Assembly: GCA_905178155.1 (NCBI GenBank)
Contig: CAJINV010000006.1
Span: 2,458,658-2,522,657 of the forward strand
DNA from: Amoebophrya sp. A120
Lineage: Eukaryota; Protista; Dinoflagellata
Length of the DNA: 64,000 nt
Reading direction: 5' to 3'
Shown here in pieces: positions 33,501 through 46,700 of this stretch (position 1 is its first letter; each line of letters starts with the position of its first letter). The notes beneath the pieces are model-generated. The model was given only the letters and a program-made list of their open reading frames with translations. It was not told the origin of the DNA and searched no databases. The position numbers were made by a program, and so were the translations under genes.

Positions 33501-36500
33501 ACATTCGGCCGAAAAGTGCACTCGGCTAGCTCTTCCTGTTCCTCCGCGCGCTTGTAAATCAGCCTCTTTTCTTATGACAGTGCACAACTCCCCCTCTCCC
33601 TCAACATTTGTCGTGCAAAATACCCAGCAGTCCACCTTTTGCCTCTTGGCACTGTTAGCATGACAAGTTCTGGTAGCCCAATTCAATAGCACTACAATCC
33701 AGTTCAAATTTGTCATGCAAAACCGGCATTCTTGCTGATGCTTGTATTGCCGTTCATGCAATACAAATAAGGCGGAGAGGAAGTTGTGCAATCTCCTATT
33801 TCTTCCCACTTCCGGGCCGAGGATTGCTTCACGGCGTCGCGGGTCTGCCGGTCCATTTGCTTCCTTGGGGCGGCTATGGATTGCAAATATGTGTGGGTCT
33901 GGAAGATTCCGAGACTTGTCATGCTAGTCTGGCATGACTCTGGGATCTGTATTGCGTGGCAACCAAGAGCTCCTCTTGCCTTTCATGCAATCACGCAGTT
34001 TCTTATGCGGAATACGCAACACAGAAAGCATGAAAAAACTTGTCATGCCTGGCGGCGCATTACAGTGTGGTTATTATTGAGTGACCTGCATTACAACTTT
34101 CCAAACCCAGACATATTTGCACTTGATAGCGGTCCCTTCGCGGCGACGCAGGTGTAGTTGCAGGTTGATGTTTCTCGGAGAAAGACTCGGATCACTGATA
34201 ATAGGTAAAAATTTTGTTTTATTCCCTGATAAGCACGCAAAAATCTTCGCATTTATTTTTCGAGTGATAGATGCACTCGAGTACGAGAGACAACAAGTCG
34301 CACCTTCACGCGTGGTCGAAGTAGCAACTACATGGGTCATCATCAACCAGAGTAGACGAGGACAAATTATCCGGGACAATAGTACCTGACACTCCCCGGC
34401 GACAAGAATTCTTCTCTCGCAGAAGTAATAGCTGGGTAATTATCATTCCGCCTCTCGTGTTTTCTTCTGTCTGTTCCAAACGGTGAAACAGAGTCATCTC
34501 CGGCGTGATCATCGTCTGCAACAATGATTTCCTGCTCGTCCCGGCTCCTCCGCCGGCCGGCACCACTATCAAATGCAAAATGTCTGGGTCTGGATGAGTG
34601 TAGGAGTTTGTCATGCAGATTTTGAAAGACCCATCATGCCTGTGACGTAGGCTCTAGCATCACAGATTTTGCGAGGGCTTCCTAGTGCCTATACCGCATG
34701 AGAAATTCCCCGTCCGCGTAGCAAAAACTGGACTCCTGTTGCCGCTCATGCAATACAGATTTTTGTAGAATCCACAGGCAGCGTCACAAATTACAACCTC
34801 CCAGACCCAGACATATTTGCAGTTGATAACCACGCTCCTGCGAAGATTTTTCCTTTCCCCGGCCCGCGGACTGCGCCCGGCTTCGCATCGATTTAATCGG
34901 CGAGGTGCCGCGGTCCGTGGTAGCGCCGGTTGGGGAGGCTGCGGGGAGTTTTTGAAGAAATCTCAATTTTTGCACTTGTGCTTTGAGCATGACAAGCGTC
35001 AATTTTTGCACTTGTGCAGCTGCAATTAAGACCAACTATGAACTAGTACCTAAGTTGTACATACCTGAAACCGTTCCGGTAACCCCCAGCAGCTCATCCG
35101 GTTCCTTACACACAGACATTCTGAGCATCATCCGGTTCCATCACACACAGTGAGGTTTTCTCGGTTCCCATTGCACGTTTTCCCGCTTCCCACCTCGGGC
35201 CCCGGTGGGGTTTTCCCGCCGCACAGGCCCCGGGGCCCAGTGCGGCGGGTTGTGGCCCTGGGCAAGCCGCAGCCCGCTACCAGCGAGCTACCACCCCCGT
35301 GCTGGCTCACTCGCGGCACCCCGGCCGCCTCGCCACGCGGCACGCATGGCGCCAGGGCGCCGGGGCAGCAGCTCCGGGGGCCTGCATGGGGCTGCGGGCT
35401 GAGTGGTGATTTCTTGTGTGGCCTGTTTTCAGCGCGAGTCAATTGGTAGCCGTCGGGGCTTGTGAGTAGCTTGCAAAGCCAGCGAGGCGCTTTCACCTGC
35501 GAACAGCCCCAAGGCAGCCTGTACGCGTGAAGCCCGGCGCCCTTGTTTGCGAGGCGCGCTGCCGGACTCGGTCTGTGTGTGTGTGTGTCTCTTCTGCCTG
35601 TAACGTGATGAGGGCCGGGCTTCTATTGACAAAACCCCTAAACAGGCCCCGACGTGCGAGGCTATCTACTTTCTGTGTGTGAATTCCCAACGCCACGTCT
35701 TTCCGCCTTGTTTTGCTTGCATGGCAAACATTGACGCGCTGTGTCCCTCCATTTTCTTGCTCTGCCAACCCCGATGGTGCGAGTGCGACGTTTGGCAACT
35801 TCCTGCGCATTACTATAAAAAAACCATAAGCACCAGCGGCGTGCCGTGTGTCGGCCCGGGCTCCCTCGGGCTCATCCAAACGGCGCCGGGGCCGGGCCAG
35901 TTCATGGGGCCTATTTCGGGACAGCCCGCCGGCGGATAAGCCGGGGGGGGGCCCCNNNNNNNNNNNNNNNNNNNNGGGGGGGGCCCCCCCCCGGCTTATC
36001 CGCCGGGGGGGCGGATAAGGATTTCATTGTTACCCCACTCTAAGTTGTACATACCTGAAACCGTTCCGGTAACCCCCAGCAGCTCATCCGGTTCCTTACA
36101 CACAGACATGTGGTACTCCAGTTGCGATTCGTACACCAGCCCCGAGCAGACCGCGCATTGAAACAGCGGCCCGGAGCCCTTCGGAGGAGAGGAGATGGAG
36201 AGTATCAACTGCAAAAATGTCTGGGTCTGGAAACTTGTGATGCAAAAAGTGGATGATAGCCGGACCACAATACGCAGCTACGCATCACAAATTTTTTGGC
36301 TGCCACGTCTTACGTTTTCCCCATGGCAAACTGCGCTTTTGCATGACAGGTAAGAGGGCCTTTTATTTCGTGCCTCTGCAACACAGATTCTCGAATCATG
36401 CCAGACAAGCATGACAAACTTGCAATCTTCCAGAACCAGACATTTTTACATTTGATAGAGAGAGAGGAACTCGAAGCGGCTGCAGGTGCGTTCTGTATCT

Positions 36501-39055
36501 GTTGCGTAGATGAACCGGCGTCCACAGCAGAAGTCTCTTGCAAATTCGCCATTCTGCTCGACGACGCTGCAGCACCAGAGGAGCCCCCACCGCCGTTCTT
36601 TAGTACTACTAAACCCGAAGCAGAAGCAGGACCTGCAGTAGTACCTGCTGCGGGGGCGGGTCTGTTGATATATGGCGCACGACTGGAGGCAGAAGTAGTA
36701 CTACTGCTCTGCACGGTCGCAAATCCTAGACCGGTGGTAGTGTTGTTGTTATTCCCGCCCGTGTTTGTTCCACCGGCTGTTGCAAGAAACTGCAACTCTT
36801 CTGCTCTTCCGTGGTTCGACCCGAGGTCCGTCGCGGGGGACGGTAAGGTGGGGGGTGACGGTGAGATTATCACACTCCCCGTTCCACCAGCACCTCCTGG
36901 CGATGCAGACGGAGCAAGAGCCTCTTGTTGCTTCTCCTGTGGGTCAGAAGAACTTGTACTATTACCCAGAACGACCACCGCCCCTGCACGACTATCACTC
37001 GGAATAAACGGCCTGGTGTCGCTCCTTTTCGCGGTGGGGACTTCAGGATCGCCTGCTGCCAGAGGTTTGCGGTATCCAATGCAAATATCCCTGGACGTCT
37101 GGAAATCTGTGATGCTGGTTGGCGAATCCTGAGGACGCCACAAGCGACGGCTCAGCATGACAAGTTTCTGACTTGCTAGGTGTTGCGTACTCTGCATGAC
37201 AAACCGCGTTTCGGCATGACAGAAAAGTGGGGCTTTTGGGTAACGAGCACGACAGACTTTGGAGTCATGCTAGCAGAGCATGACAGACCTTCCATTCTTC
37301 CAGAGACATTTTTGCAATCCATATGCGGGCGGCAGAAACTACGGATTCTTTTAATAGAACGCCAGAAGTTGTTGTGCCAGAAGGATAGGAAGTTGTGATG
37401 CTAGTACCACTAGTACCAACAGCACTCGACGGGCCGACGATTGATGTAGCCGTAGTTCCTAGCAATCCTTCTCGCTGCTCGGGATAATACCGGTAATTCT
37501 GTTGCGGCGTGTAGTACGACGGGTTTAATATTTCTTGCACGGGAGCGACTGCACTAGAAGATCCTCGTGGTCTGGAGGTTATTGTAGTTCTGTTCGCCCC
37601 GCCAGCTGCCTGTGGCGTTGCGGATGCCGAGCTGGTAGTTGCAGTTGCCGTCGTCGACGAGAGCACCCTGGATCGCACGGGGGCGGACCCTGGAGGCAGC
37701 AGGTATTTAGTACTTTGCGGATAGTACCCCCCTGCAGCAGCTGGACTACTACTCCCTACGAATCTATTCGCCTGTTCTTGCAGAGACCCTGCGCTACTGG
37801 TGGTTCTAACTGTGTTTACCACTCGGGTTCTTGTAGCTGTTGCTCCTGGAGTTGATGTACTATTAGCTCCCGCTGCGTAATTGTAAGTGACGACCGGCGA
37901 AGCTGCTGCGGAAGACGTCGTGGAGATCAAGTTTGAACTCGCTAGCCCTCCGCCTCTGGTAGTTGCTCTATTCGCCAACTGCGCGGATGCGGATCTTGTC
38001 CCAGAAAAAGGATTTCGATCGACGGAAATCGACCGCAGGTTCACGCTATCCTGTGCAAAAGCATCGTACCCGTAGTAATCGCTACCACGCATTGCAAATC
38101 TCCTTCTTAAGTTGAATTCGCATTACAAATGCCGTTTCTCATGGTGAAGAAATTTGTCATGCGATTCATACTACTGCGATGCAGCTTTTGCAATTTATAC
38201 ACGTTCTGGAGAATGTTCAGCGACGCCGCCGTTCCGCTGTTGGATGCAGATCCGGATGTTCCACTTGCGGAGCTCGAGCAACTGGAACTCGAACTGCGCT
38301 GGACAAGGCTCGGATTGTTGTATCAAGTGCAAATATGTCTGGGTCTGGAAGAATGCATGTTTGTCATGCGTGTTTGGCATGATTCTCAAATCTGTCATGC
38401 ACGACAACCAAGAGCGCAGTTTTTCTGTCATGTAGAAACGTAGTTTGTCATGCAGCATAGGCAACACCTAGAAGAAGCTCAGAAACTTGTCATGCTGAGC
38501 CAGCACTTGTGGCCTCCTGTCCTCATGATACGCCACCCAGCAGCATCACAAGTTTCCAGACCCAGACATATTTGCATTTGATATGTTGTAGTGGTTCACG
38601 ATTTTCACGTTCGGGGCGGTGGAGAGTACTACGGACGGGTTAATCGCTCCGGGGACGAGGGTGGTGGTAACCGTGCGAATCGGAACTACTTGCTGGGGAT
38701 GCTGTGCAAGTCTTGTGCTCGTAGAGGGCGTTGCACTGCTACCTCGTCCCGGTTGTAGATTTTGAGCAACCGATCCTGTGGTCGGTCCACCTCGGGTGCT
38801 GGTCACAGGCGTGTTGTAAGAACTCGCAGCGCTACCTGTAGTTTTCGCCGCGGACAAAAATTCTCCCGGGAGCAACGCAGCTGTCGTCCTGAGTGTCGTG
38901 GACGTGACGATGGGCTTGCCGGATGGTAGCGCGGCACCTGGTCGAGCTTGCTGAAGTGGAGACGCTGCAGACACAGATATTGTTCTAGCTTGGTGCACCG
39001 GAGGTTGATCGTTGGTCGAAAAAGGCGTCTGCGACTGAGCGGAAGTTGCGGACAT
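27510..39055 (-). CDS. Giant low-complexity/coiled-coil protein with repeated ECT(F/H)xP motifs, a C2HC zinc finger, EF-hand-like segments and a C-terminal LLYVDVNI domain (probably cytoskeletal); 15 introners plus ~4 GT-AG introns
   Basis: Spliced motifs AECTFRPNVK, LEECTFKPETN, KECTHKP, RECTFRP, KECTFKPN; CAVC...YHMSVC; LWRYLDPEATGHTDLLSL; PPGYDEVTLRMRRA. The junction across 35050-36109 is uncertain, so this could be two genes. Confidence 0.68.
28021..28289. mobile_element. Introner family A
   Basis: A TIRs; DR atgtt/atgtt. Confidence 0.92.
28622..28817 (-). other. Canonical GT-AG intron
   Basis: AG|GTATTC...CACAG|G restores ELRRFQEE. Confidence 0.75.
28932..29157. mobile_element. Introner family H
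   Basis: TATGAGAGTGCACAACTCCCCCTCCCCCTC...GAGGGGGAGGGGGAGTTGTGCACTCTCATA; DR tactt/tattc. Confidence 0.92.
29247..29520. mobile_element. Introner family A
   Basis: DR tgcac/tgcac; removal yields KECTFKP. Confidence 0.92.
30934..31248. mobile_element. Introner family E
   Basis: E TIRs; DR cactc/cactc. Confidence 0.9.
31357..31471 (-). other. Canonical GT-AG intron
   Basis: GTATGT...AATAG removes an in-frame stop; the frame continues. Confidence 0.65.
31552..31803. mobile_element. Introner family A (degenerate)
   Basis: A-like TIRs; DR ccgca/ccgaa. Confidence 0.85.
32523..32756. mobile_element. Introner family A
   Basis: DR attcc/attcc. Confidence 0.9.
32842..33017. mobile_element. Introner family C (short)
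   Basis: ...TAAAAACGTCCCCA / TGGGGACGTTTTTAGTTAGGATA; DR ggact/ggagt. Confidence 0.87.
33095..33366. mobile_element. Introner family A
   Basis: A TIRs; DR aatta/aacta. Confidence 0.9.
33573..33798. mobile_element. Introner family H
   Basis: H TIRs; DR tttct/tttct. Confidence 0.88.
33875..34128. mobile_element. Introner family A
   Basis: A TIRs; DR gcggc/gcggt. Confidence 0.9.
34174..34385 (-). other. Probable canonical GT-AG intron
   Basis: CAG|GTACTA...CCGAG|A joins SPGSVR to NINLQL in frame. Confidence 0.6.
34567..34828. mobile_element. Introner family A
   Basis: A TIRs; DR accac/accac. Confidence 0.9.
34981..35049 (-). other. Possible short GT-AG intron
   Basis: G|GTACTAG...CTCAAAG|CA restores the frame; contains cttgtcatgc. 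Confidence 0.45.
35120..36039. other. GC-rich ~0.9-kb insertion with an assembly gap (N at 35956-35975), flanked by a 70-bp direct duplication
   Basis: 35050-35119 is identical to 36040-36109; inverted repeat ggcggataagccgggg/ccccggcttatccgcc spans the gap. Confidence 0.75.
36203..36457. mobile_element. Introner family A
   Basis: A TIRs; DR gagag/gagag. Confidence 0.92.
37073..37323. mobile_element. Introner family A
   Basis: DR tgcgg/tgcgg. Confidence 0.9.
38047..38199. mobile_element. Introner family B
   Basis: B TIRs; DR cacgc/cacgt. Confidence 0.88.
38321..38583. mobile_element. Introner family A
   Basis: A TIRs; DR tgttg/tgttg. Confidence 0.92.
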
Positions 39056-39829
39056 GATTTTTCACTGACAGCCGGAGAAAGCCACCGCTTATATCACGAC
39101 AAGAACATGATTGATTGTTGTTGTTCTCCCACGCCCTTCTTGAAAAAATAACGTACTTCTATGCGCCGATCTACTTCTCACATGCTGATGCTATGCGTCG
39201 CGGTCTACTTTAGTTAGTAGCGGTTTAGAATTTATTTCACCTTGACAACTTCACGTTCGTTCACCGACAGAAATTTTCGTGGTCAAAAATGCCCGGAAAC
39301 AAAATGGCTAGAGCAAAAAAAACGAGCACACGCCATCCCTCAAGGAAGAAACAGAGATACCGAGCAAGATGCTGTTGATATCCGTCCTGTGATTATTTCT
39401 ACCAGCGGCCTCTCTGAACGGAAAAAGAAAAGCATCAAGACTTCTCTCAAAAAACAGTTATTACAAACAACGCCATCGCTCTTCAGAAGAAAAAAGGAAA
39501 ATTCAAATTTCATCCTAAGCCTCTCAAAAATAACTTCTACTGTCATGGCACATCATGCTTCCCCTCACTCTCTAGAGGAGTTCTAGCGGAAACGAAAACG
39601 TCACTCAGGCAACGAAGTGACGTAGTGAGAACAGCGACGCAAGAGGACATCGAAACCCGCGGCCCAACATAGCAAAAACAGAAAATGCAGAGATAAACCA
39701 GAAATCAGGTGCTCTGTGCTGATAGATTGCTACTGCAACAAGAACGGTTTTATTTGTTTCCATCAAACCGGAGTGACCACGCTGCTGAAGTTGGATTATA
39801 TGTTAACATCGCGCAGGGCTATCAATCTC

Positions 39830-42805
39830 TCATTTCGGATGCGCCACGTGGATCCCGGCTTTACTGCAAACCAGTCTCTCTTGCTGATACAGCAACAGAT
39901 CCTTGATGCTCTTACTGGAATATCAAATGCAAAAATGTCTGGGTCTGGAAGAGTGTAAAATTGTCATGCAGGTTTTCTATGACCCAAGAGGTCTGGAATG
40001 CGGGACCTAGCATGACAGACTCTGTGAGGTCTCATCTGCCATACCTATCCTGCATGAGAAACTCCCTCCCAACGTGCTCGAAAGTGGACAGCTCTTGGCA
40101 CTCATGCAACACAGACTTTTGTAAGATTCAGATTTAGCATGACAAGTTGCACCCTCAACAGACCCAGACATTTTTGCATTTGATATGGAATTCGCGTTAT
40201 TTGAAACCAACGCCCGCACATCGCCCACCTGCAGCAGGGACTCGGGAAACACCGGATCGGGGTATTCCGGCGCGGAGCCCGGTCGGGGATTCTGCAACTT
40301 CCGGATCCTTGTCGCAAGCTGAGTTTCGGCATTCTGCGACTTCTGTTTGGAAGAAAGCAGGTTGCGTTTTTTCCTCTCCGTATGCTTTGGGGGTGCTGGG
40401 GGTGGGGGGGCCGCACTGACATCTGGCTGGCTCGACGCGTGGAGGCCGCCTGATATTAATCAAAAATTTAATATTACTTATTTGTTGATTTTTATTGCGG
40501 AGCTGCCAAAGAACCTGTACAGAACATGTGCAGTGAAGGAATTGCGCGCCGGTTTGTGAAAGAAACAACGGAACGCAAGAAAAGTTCAAGTTGACAACTG
40601 TTATTTTGAATCTGAATTACTTTTCCTCATCGCCATCGCTTTCAAGCTCCGTTCCCGCCAACGGTCCAATTGATTCCGTGCCGCGTCGTGTTTCTGCTTT
40701 AGACACTGCGCTATCAACTGCAAATATGTCGGGGTCTGGATCGACGCAGCGATAGCGAATTTGTGTAGCTGAGTGTTGCATAACATCAGGGCGATCTTCT
40801 GTATGGCATCCACGCATCACAAATTTGTTGTGTGGTTTTGCGCTTTATTCTACCGAACTTTGCATGACAAACTGAGTTTCACAGCATGACAAACAAACTG
40901 GTCCAGCGTATTTATGCATCACAAATCCTCGCTGTCCTTCAAATTTTGCATCACAAATCCAGAACCAGATCGATATTTGCAATGCATATGCGCGTTTCGG
41001 TTTTGCGCGGTTTCGATCTTGTCTTCGTAGTCCTGTTCCCGCTTCAACTGTATTCTGCGCAAAAGCATTGCGCTCGTACGTGCAATTGCAAGTATGCATG
41101 ACAGATCTGATTTCCGTATACTGATTTAGCATTACAGATTCCATTTCTCATGCTGCGCAAATTTGTTATGCAATTCTTGCATACTACTTAGTACGATGGT
41201 TTTGCGATGAATAAACTGCATCTCCTCCCTTTGTTGCCGCAGTTTAGTCATTTGGTCCCGGGCTTTTTGCTTGCGCGCTTCCAGACGGGCGGCGGTCTGA
41301 TGGTAGTTGGGTAGAGGATGCGTAAGCAGTTGGAGTTGCCGCGCACTTGTATAAAATCAAAGTCAAATTTGTCCTTTCTCATGCTGTAGTCCTCTTTTAA
41401 ATCTTCACGTGCAGTGCTTTTTGCCGAAATGAAAATCTGCATGCCTTCTGGAAAAAATCGAGAGTGTTGATCGAAAAATGAATACCGCTAAGACGTCTTC
41501 TTGCGTCACCCTGGTCAATTGGTCCATCAATCTTTGCTTCTTCTCGTGTTTTTCCGCGAGTTTCTTCTCTAATTCGATGTTATCCAATTCGACCCGCATT
41601 TCCAGTTCGGTAAAACTCAAAACCTTCGGCTTGTGCTTCAGTTTGGCCTCACGCTCCGGGGTGGAGAGGTGCTTCAGCAATGGTGGGTGGTACTCCTTCA
41701 GATGCGCATCCATGTCGATATGGATTGCAACTATGTCTGGGTCTCGAAGATTGCAACTTGTCATGCTAAATCCGAATCATGCAAAAATCTGTGTTGCATG
41801 AGTACCAAAAGCTGTCCACGTTCGATCAACTTGGGGGGGAGTTTCTCATGCAGGGTAGGCATGGAAGAGACCTCGCAGAGTCTGTCACGCTAGGTCCCGC
41901 ATTCCAGACCTCAGGGGTCATGGAAGCCCTGCATGACAAGTTTACAGTCTTTCAGAGGACCCAGACATATTTATTGCAGTGGATAGTCGATCGGCTTCCG
42001 CAAGATCCCCAGGTGATTGCGCATCCCCTCCCTTTCCTCACGTTTCGACTGCGACACCATGGCGTGAATTTTCTTGGGGGAGGGGGACCCGTCTTGTTTA
42101 AACAGCTCCGCTTCTTTCTCCTTTTCCGACGTAGGCGAAGATTTCTTTTTCTTATTTCGCCTGTCTATCGGTTGTTGTTCCGATGTTGACGTAGCTTCTT
42201 GTTGTGCAGTTGTTGTAGTAGTTTTCGACGACGCAATAACTTGATTCGTCCGCTTACTATTTTCCTGTTGTTTTTTCAAGTTCGCCTCATGTTCTTCTTC
42301 CCCGATCTCAATCAGCCAGTCAACAAACTCCAAACAATCTTCCTTCTCCTCCTGTCGATCTTCCGGAAAGTACTCGAAAAACAAATTCTTCCCCTCGGTG
42401 GGACAGTGGTCGAGTTGGATCCGCACCAGCCGCTGTAGCTCCTTGGCGTCCAGGTTCGCCGCGCACTGCAGGAAAAACGCCTCCTTTCCCCTCGTCTTGT
42501 ATTCCCGCAGGACGTAGCAGCACTCCAAAAAACGCTTCCGGAGGTAGACGTGCTCATTCCGGTTGATGTGCTGCGGGGGTGGTTGGAAAATTGGCGGGGC
42601 GGTGGAGGAGGAGGATTTGTGCTGTGGAAGATGATATCCGGTGCAAAAGTATCGCACTTGTCGTTGCCAATTGCAGTCATGTATTACAAATCTTTTTATT
42701 AAAGGTAAATCCGCATTACAAATCCCATTTTTCATGCTGAGCAACTTTGTCATGCGATTTCTACTAGTAGGATACTTTTGCAATGCATAGATGAGATGCG
42801 CTCAT
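39830..42805 (-). CDS. Hypothetical coiled-coil protein; 5 introners plus 2 GT-AG introns (40450-40620, 41297-41485)
   Basis: MSASHLPQHK...; continuous frame after splicing (DVLA|TAARLEARKQKARDQMTKLRQQREEMQLKRE) to TGA at 39830. Confidence 0.7.
39921..40185. mobile_element. Introner family A
   Basis: DR tggaa/tggaa. Confidence 0.92.
40712..40988. mobile_element. Introner family A
   Basis: DR tgcgc/tgcgc. Confidence 0.88.
41051..41213. mobile_element. Introner family B
   Basis: DR aactg/aactg. Confidence 0.87.
41719..41985. mobile_element. Introner family A
   Basis: DR gtcga/gtcga. Confidence 0.9.
42635..42789. mobile_element. Introner family B
   Basis: DR gatga/gatga. Confidence 0.92.
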
Positions 42806-43788
42806 GACCGCGGGGGGCGACATCTTGTTTTTGCAATGATCGACGTCACACTTGTTGTAAATTCACGACCGGTGGTCGTTGTGGTTATCTTTATTCCCTA
42901 CATTTTACACATCATACTTAACTATCCATACCTCGCTTGTGCTTTTCGGGAAGATGGCCTTCTACCTGCTATCTTTGTTCTACTCACATGACAGGTGCAA
43001 AAAAGCCATTGATTCATTTCGGCTTCGGAAAAACGTTGCACGGCTTAATATTCATTTCTCGCACAGTAATACGCCGCTCCTCTCTTGCTGCAAACACGAC
43101 GTCGGTGCTTGTTGCATCTGTCCGTGTGGTCCGTCGAAAGGTGATAATAATCCCTATTAATGCCCTCAACAACGACGAACGATTACGATTCTGTTCGATA
43201 GACGCAGCAAAGTCAGTACCGCTTGACAGTCGAGGCGAAACGTGACGGGGAGCAGAAGAAACCAACGCGAGATTTTTTGTGTTTGAAAGAGCTAAAAGTA
43301 GTTGTGCAACGACGTGACGAACCACGCCTGCGAACGAAGAAAGCTGCCGGTGGTCAGCAAAACATTGTGTTTGTGCAATTAAGGAATCGCTGGTACAATC
43401 TTAGCCCGCGATTGCTGGCACGCAATTCACACACCAGAGCGACGAGCCTGGAGGAGATCTAGATAATACAGGGAGGTGGCGCTATTTTTTAATACATTTT
43501 TGACGTTCTTGTGTATCCAAGTGAATCGTGTCTTCAGCAAAGCTTTTGTACAACATGTGATTCCCTAGCGAAGCAAAATCACCGGTTTACTATTTTGATT
43601 TTCATCGTTGTAAACTTTTAGCATTGATAAATCGTATTAAAAGGAAAAATCGTACAGACAGTGGATGTTGCTTGGAAAAATCGTAAAATTCATCAGTTGA
43701 CTTTCATTAATCTGTTGAATTCATCAAGGAAGCACGATCATTGAAGGTCTTCAAATTTTTACCCGGCAATAGATACACTCCCTTCTCC

Positions 43789-46700
43789 TTACCCCGCCGC
43801 CGCCGCTTCTGCTGCCGCGAGCAAGGCTGCGTCATCGAGTTCTTCTTCTGGTGCGTCGGCGAAGTCTTCGTACAGGCGAATTTGCGGATGGAGTAACAAC
43901 TGATGCACCCGTTGCATTTTCTGGTGGATTATGAACCGCAAAAGCATCGTACTAGAATTGCATCACAAATTTGTTTAGCATGAGAAATGGAATTTGTAAT
44001 GCGGATTTGCGACAAGAGAGAGATTTGTAATGCATGATTGCAATTACTACGAGTACGATACTTTTGCAGTTCATATGGATCTCGTCCAGCGTGATTTTCG
44101 ACCTCGCATCCACGGCTTTGTCCCGCTGCGCCATATGCATTGCAAATATGTCTGGGTCTGTAACGCTGCAACCTGTAATGCTAATTCTGGATCGTGCAAA
44201 AATCTGTGTTGCATGAATGCCAAAAGTTGGCCACTTTTGACCAAGTTGAGGGGAAGTTTCTCATGCAGAATGGCCATGATGAGGATCTCACAAAATCTCT
44301 CATGCTGGGTCCTGCATTCCAGACGACAAGGGTTGTGGAAAATCTGCATGACAAGTTTCGGAATCTTCCAGACCCAGACATATTTGCATTTGATACGCCA
44401 TCAGGTCCTGCGAAATCGAATGCACGTGCTTCTGCATGTCCTCGATAGAAACCGGGACCGGCGCTTTTTCCCCGTACCCCTCTCGCGTCAAGGAAGAAGT
44501 CGTGTGGGGCTTCGGCTGCTTCCGCCAGCTGATTCCTTGCTCATACGCAATGAATTCGCCCCGGTCAACACACCGCTCGCCGCGCTTCAACACGTAGTCG
44601 TCAAGTTGAGTGATGATCGTGTCCCACGTGTCCGGATCGTGGATTTCCGGCGCTTTGATACAGTCGTACGCGTTTGCAAACTGCATATGCATTGCAAAAG
44701 TATCGCACTCGTATAACTATAAATGCGAGACCCCCATGACAAATGTGATTTCTTTAAGTAATTCAGCATGACAAGTTCCATTTTTCCTTCCAAAAAAATT
44801 TGTGATGCAATTCATACTTGTGCGATGCTTTTGCAATGCATACTGCAGCTGCGCGAGCGAATGGCTGTTCATCACGGTACAGGAGTAGAGGAGTCTCAAG
44901 ACGGAATCGGGCTCCAACCTGGACTCATTTGCGATCAGCACTTTCAAGTATTTATGCTGCTCGACAAGTTGGCAGAGGGCGTCAACGGGGATACCGGGGA
45001 GCAGGTCGTGAAAGCGGTCGTATTCTGTTTTTTAGTATTATATGGCTTTGAAGCTCTGATGCTCATATCGTTCGACTGTACGAAGAAAACGCATGTACTA
45101 CGAAGCGCCGCGGGCGCGGGTCTGTCGTTTAAAAAAATTTGCATGACAAACAATAAAATCGAAATAAATCCTGCATGACAAACACCGTATCTGTACCTCC
45201 CTGCTCCCGGTTCAGTAACCCGTTCATTTTCTTCTTCGCCACATGCTCTGCCACCGTCGCGTACGCCTTTCTTGCGTGTTTCAGCTTTCTATCTTCTTCC
45301 GTTTCCTCCTCGAAGCTCGAGGGCTGGGGCGGCGTGCTTTGCGGTTGATTTGCCGTGCCCGGGCGGCTATCAAATGCAAATATGTCTGGGTCTGGAAAAG
45401 TGGAACCTGTATTGCGTGGCTTGGATTCGTGTAAAATCTGTATTGCAAGACGAGGCAAAGGAGCCTTCTTTTGTCATGCAAAAGCGCAGTTTCTCATGCG
45501 CAATACGCATGAGAAAGTGTCCGAAAAATTTGTCATGCTTGGTCGCACTCAGGAGTATGCTCAATCATCGCCATCCAGCATCACAAGTTTCCAGACCCAG
45601 ACATTTTTGCAGGTGATAGCGGCTGTTGTCGGTCTGCGTTTCTAGTTCGTATTTCATCCCGTTTTCCCGAATCTCTATGGCGTTCTCAAACGTTACATTC
45701 TCAGCTGTTACATGATTTGTCATGCAAAATCACAATTAGAATTGATACGATCAAGCTGCTTCGCATGACAAATTCTCGAAGAGCCAAACAGGCTGAAAAT
45801 CTGCGCCAACTCTGTCATGCGAGACGCGCAAGGACACCCCTTTGACATTTGCCATTCTTGCATCACAAATTCATTGTAACAGTTGAGAATGTAACAGTTG
45901 AGAACGCCAACATAATCTCCTTCAACCTTTTGTGCCCCTCCCGCACGATCCCGGTGACGTCTAACACCATCAGGTTTGGCGAGAAAAAAGTTGGTCACAG
46001 TCACTAGCTTGCCCTTGCAGGTTTTGCATCACAAATTTTTTTGGCATCACAGCTTTCCTCTGCATTGCAGAAACACTGGGGAAATCCCTACGGAAGTTTG
46101 GCAGCTGTGATGCATTTTCACGCATGACAGAAAGTTTTGTATTGCAAAAATGCGAATGAGTGATCGTGACGAACTTTTCTTGTTTGATATCAGGTTTGGG
46201 CACTTCAGTAAAATCACGCGCAAAATGTTCGTGTCCACATCCGCACAGTAGTTCAAATATCGCAAGAAAAAACTTTTTCACTGTGAACTTGTGATGCAGA
46301 AAATGGAACCCAGAACTGCCTGTCTTGCTACAGCTACAAGACATTGGATTTTCAAGCGTGTTTTCCCTTGGGAAGCCCGCACGACAGATTTTCAGTGTCA
46401 TGTGTATAAACAAACTTGTGATGCAGATCTTGCAAAATCACCACAGTGAAACAGTTTTTTCGTGGGATATCAAGCCGAGATACCGCAACCGCGTCCCGAA
46501 ATTCGCGAACAGCGCCGCCGTATGCAGTGCAAAAGCATCGTACTAGTATAAATTTAAATTGCATTACAAATTAGCCCAGCATTACAAATTGAATTTGTAA
46601 TGCTGATTTACCTTGAGAAAGAGATTTGTAATGCATACACACAATTACTACGAGTACGATACTTTTGCACGGGATACGCCGTCAAGAAAAAACTGGACCC

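Noticed and set aside
41350-41484. TAT...ATA-bounded segment as an additional introner
   Set aside because: No TIR and no DR, and removal with 5 nt gives a stop; GT-AG intron 41297-41485 explains the junction.
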